Assembly (NCBI GenBank): GCA_965261985.1 | Contig: OZ253490.1 | Location: 4,139,121-4,203,120, forward strand | Length of the DNA stretch: 64,000 nt | Reading direction: 5' to 3' | Source: Alphaproteobacteria bacterium | Lineage (GTDB): Bacteria; Pseudomonadota; Alphaproteobacteria; Bin95 | Shown here: positions 1 to 8,936 of the stretch, piece by piece | Layout of the letters: every line of letters starts with the position of its first letter | Numbering within the stretch: position 1 is the stretch's first letter | Program-made: the position numbers and the translations under genes | The notes under the pieces: model-generated | The model's input: the letters and a program-made list of their open reading frames with translations, nothing else | Database searches by the model: none | What the model was told of the DNA's origin: nothing

Positions 1-101
1 AGGTAACCGACTGGGAACAGCGCGAATATTTCCGCATCTTCTGACCGAGCTCGAAGCCGGCGCCTTACCGTCGGCGATGTCTTCCAGCGAGGCCCCCGCA
101 T

Positions 102-240
102 GTCGCCCCGGACTACGATCCGGGGCCCAGCCCTGCCACTACGATCCGCAGCGCAGGTTCAGAGATGGACCCCGGCTCTCCGCTACGCTCCGGCCGGGGT
201 GACAGAGGAGGGCCGCCCGTCTATCGCAGCGCGCGGTCCC
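102..240 (-). repeat. GC-rich hairpin-forming dispersed repeat, copy A
   Basis: The reverse complement of 19095-19228 aligns by eye. Shared blocks are GTCGCCCCGG..GATCCGGGGCC and CCCGGCTCTCCGCT(A/T)CGCTCCGGCCGGG(G/A)TGAC, and each block can fold as a stem-loop. Confidence 0.6.
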
Positions 241-308
241 ACCCAAAATCCCCCCTTCCAAATCTTTCGCATCCTAATATATTGGGACAGGAAGATGAGG
301 AGGCGAAC

Positions 309-785
309 ATGGGGAGCGCGCCGGGGCTGGAGACGGGGCACCGTTTCGGCCTGAAGCTCGCGGAACTGTCGCGGCTCTGGCGCCAGGCGCTCGACGCGCG
401 GCTGAAGCCGCTCGGGCTTTCGCAGGCGCGCTGGGCGGCGCTGATCCACCTCAGCGCCTATCCCGACGGGCTGACGCAGGGCCGGCTGGCGCTCCGGGTG
501 GGCATCCGGGACTCGACCCTGGTGCCGCAGCTCGACGCGCTGGCCCGCGACGGCCTGATCGAGCGGCGCGGATCGCCCGACGACCGGCGTGCAAAGATGG
601 TTCGTTTGACTCCGGCAGCGGTGCCGTTGCTGGACGAGATCGACCGGGTCGGCACGGAGCTCCGCCAGGAGCTGACAGTGGATATCGACCCGCAGCATCT
701 CGATGTTTGTCTCCATGTTTTCAACTCGATACGGAACCGCCTGGAAGTGCTGAACGAGGACAGGGACAATGGCCGAAACGCCTGA
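309..785 (+). CDS. MarR family transcriptional regulator
   Basis: The downstream part of ORF 165-785 has a typical MarR winged-helix (LSQARWAALIHLSAYPDGLTQGRLALRVGIRDSTLVPQLDALARDGLIERRGSPDDRRAKMVRLT). I chose the ATG at 309 because it is preceded by AGGAAGATGAGGAGG. The region upstream of it is repeat DNA. Confidence 0.85.
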   Translation: MGSAPGLETGHRFGLKLAELSRLWRQALDARLKPLGLSQARWAALIHLSAYPDGLTQGRLALRVGIRDSTLVPQLDALARDGLIERRGSPDDRRAKMVRLTPAAVPLLDEIDRVGTELRQELTVDIDPQHLDVCLHVFNSIRNRLEVLNEDRDNGRNA

Positions 786-1908
786 GAGCACCGCCGCTGC
801 CGCACCGCCGGCGCGGCGACGCGGCGGCGCCATGCGGGGGCTGCGCTATCTCGCGATCGCCGTCATCGCCTGCGTGGCGCTGGCCTACGGTGCGCGCGAG
901 GTGTGGGACCGCTTCACGCATGTCCACGAATACGATGCGCGCATCAAGGCGAACATGGTGACGCTTGCGAGCAAGGTGGAGGGCGTAATCCTCGAACTCG
1001 CGGTCGATGAAGGAGACCGCGTGGAGCGCGGGCAGGTGCTGGCACGCCTCGACGACCGAATCCCGAAGCTCAGGGTGCAGGGCCTCGAAGCCCAACTCGC
1101 CGGGCTCGAAGCCGAACGGCGCCGGCTGCTTGTCGAGCGCGGGGTCATGGACGCGCAGACCTCGACCAGGATGCTCAGCCGCGAGAGCGATGTCCGTGCG
1201 AGCAAGGCCGGTCGCTCGGTGCTGCTGACGGACCTCGACCTCGCGCGCTCCGAACTCCGCCGCGCCAAGGCGCTCTACGAACGTCGGGTCGTCTCGAAAC
1301 ATGCCCTCGACCAGGCCAGCTCCAAAGTGGACCGGATCGAGGCCGACCTAGAAAAAGTCGATGCCGAGACCCAGTCTGCACGCGCCCAGATGGCCGAGGC
1401 TGAGGCCGAGCGGCGGCGCCTCGAAGTGACCGATTCCGAACTCGCCATGCTGGACCACCGCGCCGCCAGGCTGATGGCCGAGCTGGACCAGCAGCGGGTC
1501 GATGTGGACGACCGGCTGCTGCGCGCGCCCAATGACGGGCTGATCGACCGCATCTTCGTCGAGGACGGCGAGTTCGTGAACGACGGACAGCGCATGCTGC
1601 TGCTGCACGATCCGAGCGAGCTGTGGATCGAGGCCAATATCAAGGAGACCGAGCTCAGCCGGCTCAGGGTCGGCCAGACGGTGGCCGTTTCCGTGGACGC
1701 CTATTCCGACACCGAGTTCAAGGGCACCGTCGAGCGCATCGGCAGCGCCACCACCGCCAACTTCGCCCTGCTTCCGACACCCAACCCGAGCGGCAATTTC
1801 ACCAAGATCACCCAGCGCGTGCCCGTGCGCATCGGCCTGGAGCGCAACGGCATGACACTCCTGCCGGGCATGATGGTGGAAGTGAACATTGACGTCCGAG
1901 ACCGTTGA
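769..1908 (+). CDS. HlyD/EmrA-type membrane fusion protein of an efflux pump
   Basis: It has an N-terminal TM helix, a long coiled-coil (ELRRAKALYERRVVSKHALDQA...) and a C-terminal beta-barrel region (GQTVAVSVDAY...FKGTVERIG...RVPVRI). It overlaps the marR stop and the MFS gene start. Confidence 0.85.
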   Translation: MAETPESTAAAAPPARRRGGAMRGLRYLAIAVIACVALAYGAREVWDRFTHVHEYDARIKANMVTLASKVEGVILELAVDEGDRVERGQVLARLDDRIPKLRVQGLEAQLAGLEAERRRLLVERGVMDAQTSTRMLSRESDVRASKAGRSVLLTDLDLARSELRRAKALYERRVVSKHALDQASSKVDRIEADLEKVDAETQSARAQMAEAEAERRRLEVTDSELAMLDHRAARLMAELDQQRVDVDDRLLRAPNDGLIDRIFVEDGEFVNDGQRMLLLHDPSELWIEANIKETELSRLRVGQTVAVSVDAYSDTEFKGTVERIGSATTANFALLPTPNPSGNFTKITQRVPVRIGLERNGMTLLPGMMVEVNIDVRDR

Positions 1909-3472
1909 GGTCCTGACGGAGCGCTTCGGCGCGCAATATCGCTGGTGGGCGAGCGGCACGGCGCTGGTCGCCATGATCGCCATGGTGCTCTCGGCGACGA
2001 GCGTCACCGTGGCCGTGCCGCACATCATGGGCGCTTTCGGTGTCGGGCAGGACCGCGCGCAATGGGTCGCGACCGGCTATTTCGCCGCCATGACGGCCGG
2101 CATGCTGCTCAATGCCTGGCTGGTCCGCCATTTCGGCGCGCGGGCGGTTCTTACCGGCACCCTGCTCGCCTTCACCGCCGCCGCCTTTGCGGGCGCCGCC
2201 GCGCCCAGCCTCGATGTCGTCATCCTCTCGCGCGTGGTCCAGGGCGCCTGCGGCGGCCTGCTGCAGCCGCTTTCGATGCAGATCCTGTTCCGCGTGTTCC
2301 CCGCCGACCGGCGCGGCACGGCGATGGGGCTGTTCGGCCTGGGCGTGGTGCTGGCGCCGGCTTTCGGGCCCGCGCTCGGCGGCCTTGCCATCGACGGCTT
2401 CGACTGGCGCTGGGTCTTCCTGCTTCCCCTGCCCGGCGTGGCCGCGGCCCTGCCGCTCGGTCTTCTCTTCATGCCCGAGCGCGAGGCTGTCGGACCGCGC
2501 CGGGCCTTCGACTGGCCGGGCTTCCTGCTGTTGGTCACAGCGATCGTGGCCCTTCTCGACGGGCTCGCCAGCGGCCAGCGCATCGGCTGGAGCTCGGACC
2601 GGATCGTCTTCGAACTCGCCCTTGGCACGGCCGCCACGGCGGGTTTCATATTCCGCCAGTTGACGGCGCGGTCGCCCCTGCTCGACCTGACATTGTTCCG
2701 AAACGGGCGCTTCGCCTCGGCCTTCGTCGTCGGCTTCATCTTCGGTTTCAGCATGTTCGGCTCGATCTACCTCGTGGCGGTCTTCGTACAGACGGTGCAG
2801 GGCTATACGGCGCTGCGGGCGGGGTTGCTGATGGTGCCGGCGGGGCTGCTGATGGCGGTCATGTTCCCGGTCTCCGGGCGGCTCAGCGACCTTGTGCCGG
2901 CGCACTGGCCGATCATGGCGGGCCTCGGCATATTCGGGTTCGGCTTCCTGCTGATGTCCACCGCGGATGTCGATACGCCCTTCTGGACCTTCGCACTCTT
3001 CATCATGATCAACCGCTTCGGGCTCTCCTTCGTCATTCCCTCGCTCAACACCGGTTCGCTCAGGGCGCTGCGCCCCGACCAATTGCAACAAGGGTCGGGC
3101 CTGGTGAACTTCACCCGGATGCTGGGCGGCGCCTGCGGCATCAACCTGCTGGTGGTCCTGCTGGAAATGCGCACCGGCGTGTTCGCCGAGGCCTTCGCCG
3201 CAACGCAGACGGCCGCCAACGCGGCCAGCAAGGCGATGCTGGACAGCGTGGGCCGGCTGGCGGCCGCCGGCGGGCTCGGGCCCGAGGAGGCGAGCGCAAC
3301 CGCGGTCCGCTATCTGGGCGAGGTCATGCTGGCCCAGGCCCAGGCCCAGGCTTTCCAGGATGTTTTCGTGGCTGTGGGCCTGCTCGCTTTCGCCGCGCTG
3401 CTGCCGGCCTTCGTCATGGCGCGCACCGGCTTGCAGGAACCGGCGGCATCGGCGAGGCTGCAATCGGCATGA
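1889..3472 (+). CDS. MFS transporter, DHA2/EmrB-like (14-TMS type) drug efflux
   Basis: 527 aa and highly hydrophobic, with MFS motifs (LSRVVQGACGGLLQPL; FPADRRGTAMGLFG). It is coupled to the HlyD-like gene. Confidence 0.85.
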   Translation: MTSETVEVLTERFGAQYRWWASGTALVAMIAMVLSATSVTVAVPHIMGAFGVGQDRAQWVATGYFAAMTAGMLLNAWLVRHFGARAVLTGTLLAFTAAAFAGAAAPSLDVVILSRVVQGACGGLLQPLSMQILFRVFPADRRGTAMGLFGLGVVLAPAFGPALGGLAIDGFDWRWVFLLPLPGVAAALPLGLLFMPEREAVGPRRAFDWPGFLLLVTAIVALLDGLASGQRIGWSSDRIVFELALGTAATAGFIFRQLTARSPLLDLTLFRNGRFASAFVVGFIFGFSMFGSIYLVAVFVQTVQGYTALRAGLLMVPAGLLMAVMFPVSGRLSDLVPAHWPIMAGLGIFGFGFLLMSTADVDTPFWTFALFIMINRFGLSFVIPSLNTGSLRALRPDQLQQGSGLVNFTRMLGGACGINLLVVLLEMRTGVFAEAFAATQTAANAASKAMLDSVGRLAAAGGLGPEEASATAVRYLGEVMLAQAQAQAFQDVFVAVGLLAFAALLPAFVMARTGLQEPAASARLQSA

Positions 3473-4041
3473 CAGATCGCCTCGTCATCGGCATCAGCGG
3501 CGCGTCCGGCGTCGTTTACGGCGTCCGCCTGCTGGAGCTTCTGGCGGCAAGCGCCGTCGAGACGCATCTGGTGATGACGGCGTCTGCCGAGGTCACGCTC
3601 GCGCATGAGACCGACCGCAAGGCGGCCGAGGTCAAGGCGCTCGCGGACCGGGTGTACAACCCGCGCGACATTGCAGCTGCCATCGCGTCGGGTTCGTTCC
3701 GCACGCGCGGCATGGTGGTTGCGCCCTGCTCGGTCCGGTCGCTGTCCGAGATCGCCTGGGGCACGACGACGAACCTACTGACCCGCGCCGCCGATGTGAC
3801 GCTGAAGGAACGCCGCCGTCTGGTGCTGCTCGTGCGCGAGACGCCGCTGCATACAGGCCATCTGCGCGCCATGGCGGCGGCAAGCGAGAACGGCGCCATC
3901 GTCATGCCGCCGGTCCCGGCGTTCTACGCCCGTCCGCGGAGCCTCGACGAGATGATCGACCACACGCTCGGCCGCGCCCTCGACCTGCTCGACATCGACC
4001 TCGGCACCGTCCGCCGCTGGGGCGAGCTGGGAGAAAGCTGA
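3469..4041 (+). CDS. ubiX: UbiX-type flavin prenyltransferase
   Basis: This is the tail of ORF 1945-4041, from the ATG at 3469. The sequence MTDRLVIGISGASGVVYGVRLLELL...MVVAPCSVRSLSEIAWG...LKERRRLVLLVRETPLH is characteristic of UbiX/Pad1. Confidence 0.85.
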   Translation: MTDRLVIGISGASGVVYGVRLLELLAASAVETHLVMTASAEVTLAHETDRKAAEVKALADRVYNPRDIAAAIASGSFRTRGMVVAPCSVRSLSEIAWGTTTNLLTRAADVTLKERRRLVLLVRETPLHTGHLRAMAAASENGAIVMPPVPAFYARPRSLDEMIDHTLGRALDLLDIDLGTVRRWGELGES

Positions 4042-4189
4042 ACCGGGAAGCGGTAATCGCAGCGCTCAATTTTCAAGGCCCTATCCTACTCTCCTAAGAC
4101 CGCTCTTCCATCGGCTCCATTGTATAATCTGGCGACATAATTGGGGACAGCAGCATTATTGTCCTCAATAACCCAATATTGTTCGTTGC

Positions 4190-4483
4190 TCATTTCCTTT
4201 CCCTAGTATTTGATTTAAGTGTGTTCAAAGGTGCCAAAATCCAACGCCCTAGAACCCAAACCAAAGAAAGAATTGCTTGCGGTACCAAGATTATCACGGA
4301 AGCATCCAATAATTCTTGAAATAATATTGACTCATATATCTCTGGACTCATAGGCTGATAATGAGACCATTCTCGTTGGTAAGATGCCTCATCTACTGCA
4401 AAAATAACCCAAAAAGCGGTCCACAAAACAGATAGTGCAAACCAGCCACGCCATAGCACTTTTCGCCAAGGTAGTGTGACCAT
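4190..4483 (-). CDS. Small two-TM membrane protein, unknown function, in an AT-rich islet
   Basis: A 97-aa ORF with two hydrophobic helices (WFALSVLWTAFWVIFAV; VIILVPQAILSLVWVLGRWIL). Local GC is far below the flanks, and no family was recognised. Confidence 0.4.
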   Translation of the reverse strand: MVTLPWRKVLWRGWFALSVLWTAFWVIFAVDEASYQREWSHYQPMSPEIYESILFQELLDASVIILVPQAILSLVWVLGRWILAPLNTLKSNTRERK

Positions 4484-4630
4484 GATTCCTCTCTCCGACC
4501 GCCTTCACCATACTCTCCGTATGCCATTCGACTATTCCGTCCGCACCGGTCTCTGTTATCCACCCTCCCGGCAAGGCCTAATGCCCACTTGCTCAGGCGC
4601 GCGACAGCGCCAGCGGGGCGCCCTGCCGCC

Positions 4631-5458
4631 TCAAAGGCTCAGCACCATGCCTTCCCGGGCGACCTGCGTGCCCGGCCGGTGTCTTGCCGCCTCCGCCCCC
4701 AGCCGCTCCATCGCCTCGTCGCCGCGGCGCGGGTCGTGGTGGAACAGCAGGAGCGTGTCCGCCCCCGCCGCTTCGCAGAGCCTCGCGCCTTCGTTCCAGG
4801 TGGAATGCCCCCAGTCCGGATGGCGGGCGAACTCCTCCTCGGTGAACATCGCATCGTAGATGACGATATCCGCGTCCTCGATGAGCCCCAGAATGTTGCG
4901 GTTCGGCTCGCCCGGCTTGTGGCCGGTATCGCTGACATAGCAGACGGAGCGCCCGCCATATTCCACCCGGTAGCCGGTGGCGCCGCCCGGATGGTCGAGC
5001 GGGGCGGTGCGCACATGAATGCCGCCTGCAAGCGCGAAAGACTCTCCGGCCCGAAAGTCGATGCAGCGCAATTCAGCTGCAAAGCCCTCCAGCGGCACCG
5101 GGAACAGCTCCGGCGACAGCATCCGCTCCAGCACGGGGCGCACGCCGCCCCTTTCCGCCAGATGGCCGGCGCGGACGGCGAACCGGTTGCGGGCGTCGAA
5201 GAGCGGCGCGAAGAACGGCAGGCCGACCACATGGTCGAGATGCGTGTGGCTCAGCAATATGTCGGCTTCCAGAGGCCCCCGGCCGGCCAGGGCCGAGCCC
5301 AGCTCCCTCAGGCCGGTGCCGGCGTCGAGGACCACCAGCCGGTCCCCGCAGCGCAGTTCGATGCAGGCCGTATTGCCGCCATAGCCCGCCGTTTCCGGCC
5401 CCGGACAGGCGATGCTGCCGCGCACGCCGCGGAAGCGGACTTCGAACGATCCCGCCAA
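4631..5458 (-). CDS. MBL-fold metallo-hydrolase
   Basis: It has the HxHxDH motif (LLSHTHLDHVVGLPFF) and a later DTGH/HHD pattern. Its start lies 1 nt downstream of the response regulator stop. Confidence 0.8.
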   Translation of the reverse strand: MAGSFEVRFRGVRGSIACPGPETAGYGGNTACIELRCGDRLVVLDAGTGLRELGSALAGRGPLEADILLSHTHLDHVVGLPFFAPLFDARNRFAVRAGHLAERGGVRPVLERMLSPELFPVPLEGFAAELRCIDFRAGESFALAGGIHVRTAPLDHPGGATGYRVEYGGRSVCYVSDTGHKPGEPNRNILGLIEDADIVIYDAMFTEEEFARHPDWGHSTWNEGARLCEAAGADTLLLFHHDPRRGDEAMERLGAEAARHRPGTQVAREGMVLSL

Positions 5459-5459
5459 T

Positions 5460-6143
5460 TCAGGGCGCCAACCGGTATCCGCCCGGTTCGGTCACCAGGA
5501 TCCGGTTGCGGGGCGGGTCGCGTTCGATCTTCTGCCTCAGCCGGTAGATATGCGTTTCGAGCGTGTGCGTGGTTATGCCGGGGCGGTAGCCCCAGACCTC
5601 CCGCAGCAGCGTCTCCCGGCTGACGGTCGCCCCGTCGGCCCGGTAGAGATATTGCAGAATGGCCGTTTCCTTCTCGGTCAGACGCACCGTCCTTCCGCGC
5701 GCGCCGTCGAGGAGCTGCTTGTAGGCGGGCCGGAACTTGTAGCCGCCGATATCGAGGGCGGCGTCGTGGCTCTGTCCGTGCTGTCGCATATGCGCCCGCA
5801 GGCGAGCCAGGAGCACCTCGAATTTGAACGGCTTGGGGACATAGTCGTTAGCCCCCGCATCGAAGCCGAGCACGGTATCGGCATCGGTATCGACCCCGGT
5901 CAGCATGATAATCGGGACCCTCACCCCCCGCTCCCGCATCGTCCGGCAGAGCTCGCGCCCGTCCATGTCGGGCAGGCCGACATCGAGGAGCACGGCGTCG
6001 AACTGCTCCGAAGCCACGGCATCGACCGCTTCCCTGGCCGTGCCGACTTCCTGCGTCTCGAATTCTTCGTGCAGCTGCAATTGCTCGGCGAGCACGCTGC
6101 GCAGCGTTTCGTCGTCGTCCACGAGCAAAATCGTGCGCGCCAT
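5460..6143 (-). CDS. OmpR-family response regulator (receiver + winged-helix)
   Basis: The receiver reads ILLVDDDETLRSVL...DAVLLDVGLPDMDG...PIIMLTG...DYVPKPF. The C-terminal wHTH reads LTEKETAILQYL...LLREVWGY...TLETHIYRLRQKI. No histidine kinase is adjacent. Confidence 0.9.
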   Translation of the reverse strand: MARTILLVDDDETLRSVLAEQLQLHEEFETQEVGTAREAVDAVASEQFDAVLLDVGLPDMDGRELCRTMRERGVRVPIIMLTGVDTDADTVLGFDAGANDYVPKPFKFEVLLARLRAHMRQHGQSHDAALDIGGYKFRPAYKQLLDGARGRTVRLTEKETAILQYLYRADGATVSRETLLREVWGYRPGITTHTLETHIYRLRQKIERDPPRNRILVTEPGGYRLAP

Positions 6144-6240
6144 CCGGCCGGTCTCCGGGAGCGGAAATCGGCGCGGACGCTATCACAAGTTCGTGAGGGA
6201 GGCGATTCCCGGAGAGTCCGCGGAACGGTATCGACCGGCG

Positions 6241-6921
6241 TCAGCCGCGCGCCCCGAAAACCGCGCTGCCGACCCGCACATGGGTCGCGCCGAAACGGAT
6301 CGCCGTCTCGAAATCCGCGCTCATGCCCATCGACAGCCCCGAGAGCCCGTTGCGCCGGGCCGCCTCGCGCAGGAAGGCGAAATGCGGGCCGGGCGGGTCT
6401 TCGGCGGGCGGAATGCACATCAACCCGACGACATCCAGGCCGTATCCCGTGCGGCATTCGGCGAGAAAGCCGTCGAGCGCAGCCGGCGCGACGCCGCCCT
6501 TTTGCGGCTCATCGCCGGTATTGACCTGCACGAAGCAGGGAAGCGTCCTGCCCGTCCGCTCGAACTCGCGCGCCAGCGCCGCGGCGAGCCGGGGCCGGTC
6601 CACCGTCTCGATCACGTCGAACAGCCGCACCGCAGCCCGCACCTTGTTCGTCTGCAATCCGCCGATCAGGTGCAGGGCGATGTCGGGGAACCGCTCTCGG
6701 AACGCCGGCCAGCGCCCCTCGGCTTCCTGCACCCGGTTCTCGCCGAAGAGCCGGTGCCCCGCTTCCAGCGCCCCCGCGACTCGCGCTTCAGGCTGCAGCT
6801 TCGACACCGCGACCAGCCGGACAGAGGAGGCATCGCGCCCTACAGCCTCCGCCGCCGCTCCGATGCGGCCCGTCACAGCCGCCAGGCGCCCGGCAGCGTC
6901 GGGGTTTTCCATACATCCCAT
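6241..6921 (-). CDS. yggS: YggS-family PLP-binding protein (PLP homeostasis)
   Basis: VRLVAVSKLQP...FGENRVQE...HLIGGLQTNKV...SMGMSADFETAIRFGATHVRVGSAVFG is typical of YggS/ProsC. Confidence 0.85.
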   Translation of the reverse strand: MGCMENPDAAGRLAAVTGRIGAAAEAVGRDASSVRLVAVSKLQPEARVAGALEAGHRLFGENRVQEAEGRWPAFRERFPDIALHLIGGLQTNKVRAAVRLFDVIETVDRPRLAAALAREFERTGRTLPCFVQVNTGDEPQKGGVAPAALDGFLAECRTGYGLDVVGLMCIPPAEDPPGPHFAFLREAARRNGLSGLSMGMSADFETAIRFGATHVRVGSAVFGARG

Positions 6922-7123
6922 CCCGGCAGGCTACCAAAGCGCGCGGTCCGGGTTAAGCCGCGCCGAGACGCGGCGTCGCAGAGGCTGTCAGCGGACCGGC
7001 TTGCGGTCGCGCGGGCGGACTTGCTATGGTAGACGCTGGCGGACGGGAGACCCGTCCGAGAGGTAAAGCCGGTGCCGTGTGCCGGTCCAAGGGGAAACAG
7101 CCACCGACCAAGGGAGTGCAAAC

Positions 7124-8158
7124 ATGAAGATCGTTCGTCTGGCATGCGGCATAGCCGCGACGGCCATGGTGGGAGGCGTCGCCGCATCCGCTTCCGCCGC
7201 CGATGAGGTGAACTGGAACTTCTCCACCTGGGGCAAGCCGCGTGCCTTCACCGCCGGCATGGAAGCGTTGCGCGACTATGTCGCCGAAAAGTCAGGCGGC
7301 AACTTCAAGATCAAGATTCATTACGGCGGCGCGATCTCGCCTCCGAAAGAGAATCTCGACGGCATCAAGATCGGTAGCCACGAGGCGGCGAACTTCTGCA
7401 CCTCCTACCATCCCGGCAAGAACCCTGCCGGCACGGTGCTCGATCTTCCGTTCCTGCCGCTCGCCGAGCTGGAAGTGCAGGCGAAGGTGCATGAGGACTT
7501 CTACAGCCATCCGGAGTGGAAGAAGGAGATGAAGCGCTGGAACGCCATCCCCATCTTCTCCGGCATCCTGCCGCAGTATGAGTTCATGGGCGTCGGCGAC
7601 GCGCCGAAGGACGCCTCGGACTTCAAGGGCATGCGGGTTCGCGCGCTCGGCGGCATCGGCGATGCGATGCGCAAGCTGGAAGCCGTGCCGACCACGATGC
7701 CGGCGCCGGAAACCTATACGGCGCTGGAGCGCGGAATCGTCCAGGCGATTTCCTTCCCCTACAGCTACACCTTCGGCGCCTACCGGCTTAACGAAGTCGG
7801 GAAATGGTTCACGGAAGGTATGGCGCTGGGTGCGGTCAACTGCCCGATCGTTATGAACGTCAACGCCTATAACAGCCTGCCCGACGAATATCGCGGACTG
7901 TTCGATGCGGACCTGAAGTGGAACTCCTACAATGCGCTGATCGCGGCTTACAAAGAGGCCGACAAAAAGTGGATTCCGATGTACCACAAGCAGATGCAGG
8001 TCGTGAAGTTCTCGAAGGAACAGCATGAGGCGCTCAAGAAAGTCGGCGCCGAGCCGGTCTGGAACGAGTGGGTAGCTAAATGGGCTGGCAAGATCCCGTC
8101 CCAGGAGCTTCTTGACTTCGTTCTTGAGCGTGCGGCCGCCCACAACAAATCGGCGTAA
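7124..8158 (+). CDS. TRAP transporter substrate-binding protein (DctP family)
   Basis: Signal peptide MKIVRLACGIAATAMVGGVAASASAADE after the RBS AAGGGAG. DctQ and DctM genes follow. Confidence 0.85.
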   Translation: MKIVRLACGIAATAMVGGVAASASAADEVNWNFSTWGKPRAFTAGMEALRDYVAEKSGGNFKIKIHYGGAISPPKENLDGIKIGSHEAANFCTSYHPGKNPAGTVLDLPFLPLAELEVQAKVHEDFYSHPEWKKEMKRWNAIPIFSGILPQYEFMGVGDAPKDASDFKGMRVRALGGIGDAMRKLEAVPTTMPAPETYTALERGIVQAISFPYSYTFGAYRLNEVGKWFTEGMALGAVNCPIVMNVNAYNSLPDEYRGLFDADLKWNSYNALIAAYKEADKKWIPMYHKQMQVVKFSKEQHEALKKVGAEPVWNEWVAKWAGKIPSQELLDFVLERAAAHNKSA

Positions 8159-8258
8159 CGCCGGGATCGATCGCTGCGCGGGGCCGCCTCTTCCCGGAGA
8201 CGGCCCCGTTTCTTTGATCTAGCTTTTTCAAGGTAGGAAGCGGGAGGCAGGCGCTGCG

Positions 8259-8921
8259 ATGGTGGGGACTTCCAACGAAGCAAATCTGAGCCAGGGCAAC
8301 GGAGCCTTGGCCGCAATTGACCGCCATGTCGGTCGTGTTGAAGACGCCGTGACACTGTTCGCGGCGGTAACGATTTTCGTTTTGATGTTTTTCGTCGTGG
8401 TGGAAGTCCTGGGACGAAAACTCTTCAACCACCCGGTTCCGGGTGCGATCGACTGGGTGGAAGTCTATATGGCGATCTTTGCCTTCCTGCCCGTCGCATA
8501 CGCTCAACGCCTCGGCGTGCATGTTCGTATGGAGTTGGTGGTCTCCAAAATGCGGGGCCGGTATCTCTGGGCCGCCGAGTGTTTTGCGATCTTCGTCGCC
8601 ATCGTTTATTGCGTGATTATCATCGACAAGAGCTGGGAACACTTCCTGCGCGCCTATTTGGACGGCGACAGCTCTATCGATGTGCAACTGCAAACCTGGC
8701 CCGGCAAGCTCGTCGTACCGTGTGCGCTCGTGCTGTTGTGCATCCGCCTGGTTATCCAGGCCTGGGGCTATGGCCGCCTCTTCCTCGACCCGACCAAGGT
8801 GCCGGTGGCGGTACCGGTCATCCTGGGAGTAGCCGCGCATGCACGCGCAGAGATCGAGGAAGTCATGGGCAGGGAAGCGCAGGAACGCGACAACCGCCGC
8901 GACGGCGGAACGCAGGCCTGA
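8259..8921 (+). CDS. TRAP transporter small permease (DctQ-like)
   Basis: A protein with about four TM helices, sitting between the DctP and DctM genes. The start codon is uncertain. Confidence 0.7.
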   Translation: MVGTSNEANLSQGNGALAAIDRHVGRVEDAVTLFAAVTIFVLMFFVVVEVLGRKLFNHPVPGAIDWVEVYMAIFAFLPVAYAQRLGVHVRMELVVSKMRGRYLWAAECFAIFVAIVYCVIIIDKSWEHFLRAYLDGDSSIDVQLQTWPGKLVVPCALVLLCIRLVIQAWGYGRLFLDPTKVPVAVPVILGVAAHARAEIEEVMGREAQERDNRRDGGTQA

Positions 8922-8936
8922 GGGGGATAGAAGGTT

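Noticed and set aside
1-44. The C-terminal end of a plus-strand gene running into the window (...EYFRIF, stop near 42-44).
   Set aside because: Only about 14 codons are visible, which is too little to call a product.
1808-3463. Very long antisense or overlapping ORFs. Examples are 1808-3463 minus, 16209-19028 minus, 19266-20888 minus, 36547-38100 minus, 38057-39802 minus, 55291-57045 plus, 56987-58999 minus and 59050-60792 minus.
   Set aside because: They lie opposite or out of frame to genes with clear family motifs. Their products are Arg/Pro/Gly/Ala-rich with no recognisable domains, which is the usual stop-codon-poor artefact of high-GC DNA.
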